Shown piece by piece: positions 56,942 to 64,000 of a stretch of 64,000 nucleotides of DNA. The position numbers were made by a program, and so were the translations under genes. Position 1 is the first letter of the stretch. Each line of letters opens with the position of its first letter. The notes under the pieces were generated by a model, which saw nothing but the letters and a program-made list of their open reading frames with translations, searched no databases and was not told the origin of the DNA. The DNA lies in IMG/VR virus record IMGVR_UViG_3300017917_001342, positions 434,001-498,000 of that record, one strand, 5' to 3'.

Positions 56942-58161
56942 GCGCAATTGACATTGTGAGAGACGAAAAAAATCTTGCAAAATATTTTTATGTAACATAC
57001 GACGTTGAAAGTACAAAAAGCGTATACGATGCTGCCTGGAATATTGCAGTCGGACAAAGTATAGGTAATCCAAATACTCGCAGTATTTGGGAAACTGACG
57101 ATATGATCGAAGCATACAGTGCTAAGATTTTACGCAATAGTAATTTTGAAAAGAAAAAAGGCAAAGTTGTAATTGCATACCCCAATGCTAATATTGACTG
57201 GGACACCGATGGTATTGCACAGCTATTGTGTATAGTACAAGGTGGTCAGGTTGATATTGACAGCATTAAAAAATGCAGAGTGTTGGATATAGAAATACAT
57301 CCTCAAATAATAGACAGCCACTTTAAAAAGCCTGCGCATGGTATAACAGGTATGCGCGAGTTCACTAACACCTATGGTAAACCAATGTTCGGCGGTATCG
57401 TAAAACCAAAAACAGGTATTACTCCTCAGGTACTGTTGGACATGACCAAAGAACTTGTAGAGGGTGGTGTTAACTTTATCAAAGAAGATGAAATTCTCAG
57501 CAACCCTGCTGTATGTAGATTGCAAGATCGAGTAGAACTTATCAGCAATTACATACAAGGTAAGAACGTAGTATACTGTTTCTGTATCAACAGTGATCCT
57601 GCATACGTAGTAGACCGCGCACGCTTTGTTGCACAGAATGGCGGTAATGGTGTGCATGTTAATATTTGGAGCGGATTAGGCAGCTATCGCAGTATACGCA
57701 ACGCAGACCTCGGTCTGTTTATACACTATCAAAAGAGCGGCGACAAAGTAATTACAGGTAAACAAAATCCCTTTGGTATTGAGTGGACAGTGCTTTGTAA
57801 ACTGGCTGCAATGTGTGGTGTAGACACTATTCATGCAGGTATGTGGGGCGGATATCTCAGCGACGACGAAGAGGAACTGCGTAAAACACTTGCTGTACTG
57901 CATGATAGAAACGTATTACCTGCACTAAGCTGTGGTATGCATCCTGGTATTGTTAACGCAACATCTGAGAAATTTGGTGTAGATTTCCTTGCTAACGTTG
58001 GCGGTGCTATTCACGGACACCCAGGTGGTACACTTGCTGGCGCTAAGGCTATGCGTCAAGCAATAGATAAGACTCCGGGTCCAGAATTCAAAACTGCAAT
58101 TGACAAATGGGGTTATGAAACCAACGGTGGTTCAATGCCGGAATGGGTATTGGAATTCTGA
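56938..58161 (+). CDS. RuBisCO-like protein (form IV RLP)
   Basis: GGIVKPKTG, FIKEDE, DTIHAG, LSCGMHP, VGGAIHGHP; the Lys334 position is Tyr. Confidence 0.9.
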   Translation: MSAIDIVRDEKNLAKYFYVTYDVESTKSVYDAAWNIAVGQSIGNPNTRSIWETDDMIEAYSAKILRNSNFEKKKGKVVIAYPNANIDWDTDGIAQLLCIVQGGQVDIDSIKKCRVLDIEIHPQIIDSHFKKPAHGITGMREFTNTYGKPMFGGIVKPKTGITPQVLLDMTKELVEGGVNFIKEDEILSNPAVCRLQDRVELISNYIQGKNVVYCFCINSDPAYVVDRARFVAQNGGNGVHVNIWSGLGSYRSIRNADLGLFIHYQKSGDKVITGKQNPFGIEWTVLCKLAAMCGVDTIHAGMWGGYLSDDEEELRKTLAVLHDRNVLPALSCGMHPGIVNATSEKFGVDFLANVGGAIHGHPGGTLAGAKAMRQAIDKTPGPEFKTAIDKWGYETNGGSMPEWVLEF

Positions 58162-58667
58162 TAGAAAGGTATAGGATTTTGCCATCTGTAATAATTGCAC
58201 ATAGAGGGTTGTTGGAGGGACCAGATGTAAATCTGCAGAATCGTCCAGATCAGGTGAAGAAAGCAATTGGCTTAGGCTTTCAAGTTGAAGTTGATGTGTG
58301 GTATATAGATGGCAAATGGTTTTTAGGACACGACGGACCTGAGCATAGTATAGATTGGCAGTTTCTAGCTGATCACAGCAATGACCTTTGGATACACTGT
58401 AAAAATCTAAATGCGTTCTTTGAGCTAAAAACTGATAGATCACATCAGTTAAATTACTTTTATCACGACAGTGACGCAGTTGTGTTAACAGCTAAAAACC
58501 ACGTTTGGACATATTTTGGTAAACGCGAAACCATGCATCGCAGCAGTGTATGTGTAATGCCGGAAGTTAGTTATGAGTGGGAAGAAATAGTACAAATGGC
58601 AACAAACAATCAATGGTTTGCCATTTGTACGGATTACCCAAGAAAGCTCAAGGAATGTCTCGCGTAG
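58143..58667 (+). CDS. GDPD/PI-PLC-like phosphodiesterase-fold protein (start uncertain, possibly TTG 58179)
   Basis: IIAHRG, GFQVEVDVW, FLGHD, LWIHCKN. Confidence 0.7.
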   Translation: MGIGILIERYRILPSVIIAHRGLLEGPDVNLQNRPDQVKKAIGLGFQVEVDVWYIDGKWFLGHDGPEHSIDWQFLADHSNDLWIHCKNLNAFFELKTDRSHQLNYFYHDSDAVVLTAKNHVWTYFGKRETMHRSSVCVMPEVSYEWEEIVQMATNNQWFAICTDYPRKLKECLA

Positions 58668-59317
58668 CACTTTGCTTTGCAGGTCTACCAAGAATGTCTA
58701 CAATCAGCACAGATAGCTGGCGTAGATTAATATCTCAACACCATACAGATGTTTTTGTACATACTTGGGCTGATAATGATCCGCAACAGCTACAGCAATC
58801 TATTGCTGCAACCTATGCACCAAAAGAATTGATTGTTGAACAACAACGTCAATTTGATACAGCTATCTATACTGATCGCATATGGGCATACCGTAGTTTT
58901 CCCAACAATGTATTGAGCATGTGGTACAGCATAGCACAGAGCCTACAGATGGCTGATAGATATGCTGCAAAATACAACATCACATATGATTATGTTTGTC
59001 GTGCTAGATTTGACTGGCACTGTAATCAATTTGATTTGCAACCATTTGATGGCTTAACAGTACCAGATGATCCCGGTTTAAGTGGACATCATTTTCAACA
59101 TAGAGGCCACTGGTATGTTGCACATAACGATCAATTTGGCTATGGCAGCATGAATGTCATGCGCGATTATGGTGAGACCTTTTATCGCATACCATGGTTA
59201 TATCAAATCGACAAAATAGACTTTTGCAGTGAATTATTCCTTACAACAAATATGATTACAAAAAAAATTCCTGTAAAATTACAAAAGGGATGGGTTTATA
59301 GGATGGTACGCGAATGA
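58655..59317 (+). CDS. Glycosyltransferase-like protein
   Basis: VALCFAGLPR, DVFVHTW, SMWYS, YDYVCRARFD, NDQF; start moved to the ATG at 58655 (AAGGA RBS). Confidence 0.5.
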   Translation: MSRVALCFAGLPRMSTISTDSWRRLISQHHTDVFVHTWADNDPQQLQQSIAATYAPKELIVEQQRQFDTAIYTDRIWAYRSFPNNVLSMWYSIAQSLQMADRYAAKYNITYDYVCRARFDWHCNQFDLQPFDGLTVPDDPGLSGHHFQHRGHWYVAHNDQFGYGSMNVMRDYGETFYRIPWLYQIDKIDFCSELFLTTNMITKKIPVKLQKGWVYRMVRE

Positions 59318-60387
59318 AAATAGCTGTATATACAATTGCACTTAATGAAATAAAACACTGTGAACGCTGGGCAGAATCTGTAAAAGATGCAGACTATCGA
59401 ATCGTTTTAGACACTGGTAGTACAGATGGTACAGTAGAAAAACTGCGCGAACTAGGTGTAACTGTATACGAACAGCAGTTTACACCTTGGCGTTTTGATG
59501 TTGCACGCAATGCTGCATTGAATTGTGTACCAGAAGATGCTGATATCTGTATAAGCCAAGACATGGATGAATTTTTAGAGCCGGGATGGCGTGCAAAAAT
59601 GGAAGCAGTTTGGCAGAAAGGTCAAACTACTAGATTGGCTTACACCTATGTATTTGATTATAGACCAGGTGGTAAGAATGACGGCTATCGTATGGATAAG
59701 ATTCATGCTAGACAGGGTTACGAATGGCGCAGGCCAGTGCATGAAACTGTATGGAGCACACTGAGTTACGAAAACATTGCAGAAGATCTGTCTATTGTAT
59801 TGAATCAAATACAAGACAGAAACAAAACAACTCGCAGCAACTATTTGCCATTGATGGCTATGGCCACAGCAGAAAATCCCAATGACAGCCAATTGAGCTT
59901 TTGGTATGGACGCGAGTTAATGTACGCAAATCAACATGAAGCTGCTATCACAGAATTGAAACGCTATCTTGATCTAGAAACCAGTCGTTGGCCAGTAGAA
60001 CGTAGCGAAGCTATGATTTATCTGTCTAGACTAACAGACAGCAGCAAATTTGACTATTTGCACAGGGCATTGATCTGTGCGCCAGAACGCAGACAGGTAT
60101 GGTTAGAACTTGCTAGATATTATTACAGTAAACAAGACTGGCATGGATTGCTATGGGCCTGTGGTAGCGGGCTTGAACACAGCCGCAGGGACAACAGCTA
60201 TCTTGATCATGCAGATGCCTGGGGCAATCAACTACACGATTTTGGAAGCATTGCAGCAGCTAACTTAAAATGGTACGAAAAAGCTGTGGAATGGTGCCAA
60301 TTAGCGATAAACATACAACCAACTGATGATAGATTGCGTGCAAACTTAAATTGGATGCAAAGCAAACTAGGAGAGATTTCAAAATGA
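59314..60387 (+). CDS. GT2 glycosyltransferase with C-terminal TPR domain
   Basis: IAVYTIALNE, LDTGSTDGT, FDVARNAAL, QDMDE, followed by TPR-like helices. Confidence 0.85.
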   Translation: MKIAVYTIALNEIKHCERWAESVKDADYRIVLDTGSTDGTVEKLRELGVTVYEQQFTPWRFDVARNAALNCVPEDADICISQDMDEFLEPGWRAKMEAVWQKGQTTRLAYTYVFDYRPGGKNDGYRMDKIHARQGYEWRRPVHETVWSTLSYENIAEDLSIVLNQIQDRNKTTRSNYLPLMAMATAENPNDSQLSFWYGRELMYANQHEAAITELKRYLDLETSRWPVERSEAMIYLSRLTDSSKFDYLHRALICAPERRQVWLELARYYYSKQDWHGLLWACGSGLEHSRRDNSYLDHADAWGNQLHDFGSIAAANLKWYEKAVEWCQLAINIQPTDDRLRANLNWMQSKLGEISK

Positions 60388-61448
60388 AAATAGCTATATA
60401 CGGTCCGGCAAAAAACGAATTCAAACATGTCGAAGCATGGTATGACAGTTGCAAAGATGCAGACATTATCTGCGTTGCAGACACTGGTAGTACAGATGGT
60501 ACACCAGAATTAATGCGACAACTTGGTGTACAAGTTACAGATGTACGTATATCACCTTGGCGATTTGATGATGCATTTAATACAGCAATGTATCTGGTGC
60601 CCGATTGGGTCGATGTTTGTATTCGATTAGACACAGACGAGCGTCTTGTAGAAGGTTGGAGAGCAGCGTTAGAAGCAGCATGGACACCTGAAACAACACG
60701 TTTACGTTACCCTTATGTATGGAATTGGAACCCAGATGGCACACCAGGCCGTACATGGTATGGCGATCGTATCCACAAGCGAGTTGGTTACAGATGGATG
60801 GGTGCAACACACGAAGGGCTTGTTAGCAGGTTGCCGGAAATTCAAACCTATACAGACACTGTGAAGATACATCATTTCCCGGATGTAAAAAACAAATCGG
60901 GCGATTTGCCATTGCTGTTAGAATCTGTAAAAGAGTGGCCGCATGATGCTAGAATCCGTGCTTACCTTGCTAGAGAATACATGTATGCTAGAAACTACGA
61001 GAAAGCAGCAGAAACCTACAAAGAATTCCTAGGAATGAGCTGGGACACTGCCGAACGCTGTCAGGCAATGACATCACTGGCACAAGCAGAACCAGAAAAT
61101 AAAATCTACTGGTTAAGGCAAGCTGCGTATGAAGTACCAACACACAGAGAACCTCTAGTATATCTTGCACAACACTATTACGACAAAAGTGAATGGCAAA
61201 AGTGTTATGAATATGCACACAAGGCTTTGGCAATTACCAGACATCCTATGGATTATACCTGCACACCGGAAGCATGGGGATGGCAACCACACGATTTGTT
61301 AAGCATTGCAGCATGGAATCTCAAGCTGTACAAAGAAAGTCTCGAACATGCTAAACTGGCATTGTCACATGCTACACATGATGTAAGGCTGCAAAACAAT
61401 GTCAAGCTCATTGAAGAATTTATAGCTAAGAATCTCAGTGACAGTTGA
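60384..61448 (+). CDS. GT2 glycosyltransferase with C-terminal TPR domain (paralogue)
   Basis: IAIYGPAKNE, DTGSTDGT, LDTDE, HEGL, TPR helices; start moved to the ATG at 60384. Confidence 0.85.
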   Translation: MKIAIYGPAKNEFKHVEAWYDSCKDADIICVADTGSTDGTPELMRQLGVQVTDVRISPWRFDDAFNTAMYLVPDWVDVCIRLDTDERLVEGWRAALEAAWTPETTRLRYPYVWNWNPDGTPGRTWYGDRIHKRVGYRWMGATHEGLVSRLPEIQTYTDTVKIHHFPDVKNKSGDLPLLLESVKEWPHDARIRAYLAREYMYARNYEKAAETYKEFLGMSWDTAERCQAMTSLAQAEPENKIYWLRQAAYEVPTHREPLVYLAQHYYDKSEWQKCYEYAHKALAITRHPMDYTCTPEAWGWQPHDLLSIAAWNLKLYKESLEHAKLALSHATHDVRLQNNVKLIEEFIAKNLSDS

Positions 61449-61452
61449 TCAC

Positions 61453-61458
61453 TAAATA
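61453..61458 (+). promoter_or_regulatory. Late promoter core TAAATA, 5 nt before ATG
   Basis: CTAAATA-TCACT-ATG. Confidence 0.6.
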
Positions 61459-61463
61459 TCACT

Positions 61464-61640
61464 ATGAGAGCAACTGAATTCATAAATGAGTCAGGCGGAG
61501 CAGGCCGCGTTGTGCCAGGTGTGAATACCACACCTGATGTTGGACCGGATGAAATACCAAAGCAAGCTGCAAAGCTAGGTATGAAAACTGATAGAGACGG
61601 TAGACCGCCTATTGCTAGAACTGATGGGAAAATTGAATAA
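61464..61640 (+). CDS. 58-aa late protein (absent from the ORF track)
   Basis: Translates as MRATEFINESGGAGRVVPGVNTTPDVGPDEIPKQAAKLGMKTDRDGRPPIARTDGKIE*; bounded by a late promoter and a terminator. Confidence 0.8.
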   Translation: MRATEFINESGGAGRVVPGVNTTPDVGPDEIPKQAAKLGMKTDRDGRPPIARTDGKIE

Positions 61641-61641
61641 T

Positions 61642-61668
61642 AAAAAAGGGCGCCTAAGCGCCCTTTTT
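61642..61668. terminator. Bidirectional rho-independent terminator
   Basis: AAAAAA-GGGCGC-CTAA-GCGCCC-TTTTT between convergent genes. Confidence 0.9.
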
Positions 61669-61670
61669 AG

Positions 61671-61868
61671 TTAGATACGACTGCGTCGACTTGCAGCTTC
61701 TGCGTCTTCTTTTGTACGCTCAATTGCGATAGGAACCCACCGTTGCGGAATAGCAAGGCCGCTCTTGCGGTAATAGTCTAGATCAGCATCGGGATCATCT
61801 ACCTGAGCCCAAACTGTCCACTTACCATCAAAAGGACGCTGCGTAATTTCGTGTCGGGATTTTTCCAT
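61671..61868 (-). CDS. Hypothetical protein (65 aa)
   Basis: GAGG RBS; ends at the terminator. Confidence 0.65.
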   Translation of the reverse strand: MEKSRHEITQRPFDGKWTVWAQVDDPDADLDYYRKSGLAIPQRWVPIAIERTKEDAEAASRRSRI

Positions 61869-61954
61869 TATCTTAATTGCCTCATATTTTGAGTTAGTGT
61901 TATGCGTATTACTACGCGGCTAATATTATTGCATGTTATTATGCAATAATTTCG

Positions 61955-62470
61955 TTATGGTGTAGTCTTGCTCCACCATTTGTCCCAAGGAAAGCTAATT
62001 TCTGTATCGGTTGATTCAGTTGCGCTGTAGTTAACTATAAAGTCACTTTCGACGTTGTCAACCAATACTGCAAATTTTGTAGATTTATACCAAACATCGT
62101 CCCAGATGTTTGACATAGGCATGCAGCCACTTTGCCAATCTTTTTTGATCCAATTAAAAACAGTTGGATCATTTACATGATTGACAATGAGAATATTTTT
62201 TGGTGTACAAGGTTTCCAATTATTGTTGCAATCTAAACCAAATGCATCCTCTGCCATCCATAGGTTAGATTCAGCCGAATCGATATGTAGCTGTGTGTTG
62301 AGAGTGTAACAAGGTACATCAAACCATTCACTGATGAGCGCAGCAGGTAATGTACCGTTCTTAACAAGACCTACGACGTAGTCTGGTTTCCAGTTGTTGC
62401 AGTGCATCTGTTGAACAATGTCTAAACATTGTGCATGAACATCTTTATATGTAAATGCTGTTGCGGCCAT
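61955..62470 (-). CDS. Type I phosphoribosyltransferase-fold protein with degenerate PRPP loop
   Basis: WKPDYVVGL...GTLPAALIS, KNILIV; the expected VDDxxxTG motif reads VNHVNDP. Confidence 0.65.
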   Translation of the reverse strand: MAATAFTYKDVHAQCLDIVQQMHCNNWKPDYVVGLVKNGTLPAALISEWFDVPCYTLNTQLHIDSAESNLWMAEDAFGLDCNNNWKPCTPKNILIVNHVNDPTVFNWIKKDWQSGCMPMSNIWDDVWYKSTKFAVLVDNVESDFIVNYSATESTDTEISFPWDKWWSKTTP

Positions 62471-62491
62471 AGTGTCTCCAATCTATGCCGC

Positions 62492-62519
62492 AGTATAACA
62501 CAGTGTTGTTAGTTGTCAA
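62492..62519 (-). promoter_or_regulatory. Sigma70-type promoter
   Basis: TTGACA-16-TATACT with TGn extended -10; GGAG RBS downstream. Confidence 0.75.
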
Positions 62520-63303
62520 CTGCCAATGTTAAGTTGAAAGTACCGTCTGTAACAACAACATGCCCGTCGCCACATTCGACATGATAAGAAGGACCTAGCA
62601 GCGATTGCAATGCAATGCTTTCTCTTAGTGCAGAGTTACCTATAGTAAGTCCGAATACTGGCATCGGAGATGTGCCTTTGCGCCAATCAGTGATTTGATA
62701 CACTCTGTCGCGGCCTCTGTCAGAAATACAAATCCAGTCGCCTTTGATTTCGACACTTTCTACTAGCGAATGCTTTAAAAACTCACCAACTTGTTCGTAG
62801 ATTTTTACTTCACCTGCTGGTGCAACTTCAAGTTTATCTTCTGGTGATTCAACCGGCGGCTCAGTTGTGTCGCCTTCAATCTCAATTTTGTCTGGATTTA
62901 GATTAACGTATTCTCTAACGTTGTCTTCGGTTAGATCTAAAAACTCGTCGTCGCCGAGACCATAAGGCTTGAATTTCCATTTGTTGACAAATGTTAGATT
63001 TTTCAGTTGATTTGCCATGTCTATTAAACGTGACGGATAATCTTCGTTTCTGGACATTTCCACGAACACCATGTAGAATCCGTCATCTGTTGGTGCAGGA
63101 CTAACTTCTGTGTCCAGCGGTCGTATGCTGCTTTTTTCTACAAACACACTTAGATCAGCTGCTGGATTTTTATCTTTTACATAAAATCCGGTAACAATTA
63201 CTCTGCGATCATCGATCTTGCTTTCATATTCGTCAACTGAAATCAACGGCAATACTAGATGTTCTAATGCACCTCGATCAAGACCTTCGTTTATTCTTTT
63301 CAT
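62509..63303 (-). CDS. Hypothetical protein (264 aa)
   Basis: ISVDEYESK...FYVKD...PAADL...YMVFVE; ATGA overlap with the upstream gene. Confidence 0.75.
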   Translation of the reverse strand: MKRINEGLDRGALEHLVLPLISVDEYESKIDDRRVIVTGFYVKDKNPAADLSVFVEKSSIRPLDTEVSPAPTDDGFYMVFVEMSRNEDYPSRLIDMANQLKNLTFVNKWKFKPYGLGDDEFLDLTEDNVREYVNLNPDKIEIEGDTTEPPVESPEDKLEVAPAGEVKIYEQVGEFLKHSLVESVEIKGDWICISDRGRDRVYQITDWRKGTSPMPVFGLTIGNSALRESIALQSLLGPSYHVECGDGHVVVTDGTFNLTLAVDN

Positions 63304-63812
63304 TGCTGTGGCGCTCCATCAGCATCAACACCTGCTGCTGCTGCGTCGTCAAGTGTTTCAACGTCAACTTCTTCTTCGTATTGGTCCATGATTTTATTAT
63401 CAATGTTTTGAACAAACTTACGAGGTATAAGCATATCTATCAGCCAAATCTTACGTTTTTTCATCTTTGGCTTTTTAGTACCTGGTTGGTAGTCAGCTTC
63501 GCTTTTTACCTTGACAGGATATTTTTCCAGTGCAACACGATATGAAATTTTTGTACCGTGCATAAGAAGTCTTAGACCGCCTTCGGGGTCTGGCATTTTT
63601 TCGTATGGATATTTCAGTGTGATCTTTACCCAATACTGTTTGGTATAAGGGCCAGCTACAACTTCACCAAGTTTCCAATTTTTGTAAACGTACAGGTTGT
63701 TACCATCGAGGTAATCCTCAATGTCAATTAGTATATCTACAAGATCTTCAGAGTCCGTAATTCTACGGACTACTTCTGCTGCTTTTGATGTGTTAAATTC
63801 TTCGTGTGCCAT
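63300..63812 (-). CDS. Hypothetical late protein (170 aa)
   Basis: Start moved from 63833 to the ATG at 63812, 5 nt after TATAAATA; LYVYKNW...GEVVAGP...MPDPEGG. Confidence 0.75.
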   Translation of the reverse strand: MAHEEFNTSKAAEVVRRITDSEDLVDILIDIEDYLDGNNLYVYKNWKLGEVVAGPYTKQYWVKITLKYPYEKMPDPEGGLRLLMHGTKISYRVALEKYPVKVKSEADYQPGTKKPKMKKRKIWLIDMLIPRKFVQNIDNKIMDQYEEEVDVETLDDAAAAGVDADGAPQQ

Positions 63813-63817
63813 GTAGA

Positions 63818-63825
63818 TATTTATA
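63818..63825 (-). promoter_or_regulatory. T4 late promoter TATAAATA within a perfect 12-bp inverted repeat (63804-63835)
   Basis: GTGTGCCATGTA-8 nt-TACATGGCACAC. Confidence 0.75.
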
Positions 63826-63848
63826 CATGGCACACAAGTTTCGTTATA

Positions 63849-64000
63849 TCATTCTTCGCCGTACATGCGAAGAATATCTGTTATCACAGGATGGCGTTCT
63901 ACACTGTCTTTATCAAACTTACAGATTCGTATACGGGACGATCCGTCGAAGCGATTAACAAAGTCTGCAAGTCCATTATTGTTCATACCTCTATCGCTTT
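63849..64000 (-). CDS. phoH: PhoH-family ATPase, C-terminal fragment (5'-truncated)
   Basis: Manual translation SDRGMNNNGLADF...KFDKDSVERHPVITDILRMYGEE* matches the PhoH C-terminus. Confidence 0.8.
   Translation of the reverse strand, partial: SDRGMNNNGLADFVNRFDGSSRIRICKFDKDSVERHPVITDILRMYGEE

Noticed and set aside
56938-58161. Carbon-fixing RuBisCO as an auxiliary metabolic gene
   Set aside because: Lys334 is absent, the His294 region is altered, and there is no small subunit or phosphoribulokinase; it is a form IV RLP.
59410-60503. 25-nt identical sequence at about 59410 and 60480 as a mobile or regulatory repeat
   Set aside because: It encodes the conserved DTGSTDGT motif in two paralogous GT2 genes.
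1-64000. Stop-codon reassignment, introns/inteins, tRNA genes, integrase or anti-CRISPR array
   Set aside because: Genes tile densely under the standard code with all three stops used. No intein, homing-endonuclease or cloverleaf signature was seen by eye, although tRNAscan and HMM searches were not run.

Overview
This window is a gene-dense, AT-rich segment of a large lytic tailed-phage genome. Gene content and motifs resemble T4-related RaK2/GAP32-like jumbo myophages; this is from motif recall, not a database search. The genetic code is standard. No tRNA, rRNA, CRISPR array, integrase or transposase was seen. Layout: (1) 1-11.8 kb (+) baseplate/tail structural genes, including a 5'-truncated protein of >2960 aa. 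(2) 11.8-23.6 kb: six glycosyltransferase-like genes, a methyltransferase and three radical-SAM/SPASM enzymes. (3) A QueF homologue lacking its catalytic Cys, then dihydrofolate reductase and thymidylate synthase. (4) 25.5-55 kb (-): small hypothetical genes, a MoxR AAA+/VWA-metallopeptidase pair, RNase H/5'-exonuclease, two methyltransferases, a 7-deazaguanine DNA-modification region (queE, folE, dpdA/tgt-like, GT-B glycosyltransferase, QueD-like LxxxHRHxF protein), three tail-fibre/collagen-like genes, and ClpA, peptide deformylase and DnaJ. (5) 55-61.6 kb (+): a T4 gpT-like holin candidate, then a late operon of nucleotidyltransferase, cupin, RuBisCO-like protein, phosphodiesterase-like protein, GT-like protein and two GT2-TPR enzymes. 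(6) A degenerate PRTase, two hypothetical genes and the 3' end of phoH. Top candidates for new biology: the RuBisCO-like-protein sugar-nucleotide/protein-glycosylation operon (possible targets are the Gly-Pro-Thr collagen fibres); a 7-deazaguanine pathway with a glycosyltransferase, an orphan gene and a Cys-less QueF (possibly a new hypermodified G); and a recurring arrangement in which TAAATA late promoters sit inside hairpins that hide the RBS or start codon, alongside several apparently leaderless genes. All functional calls are by-eye motif recognition.
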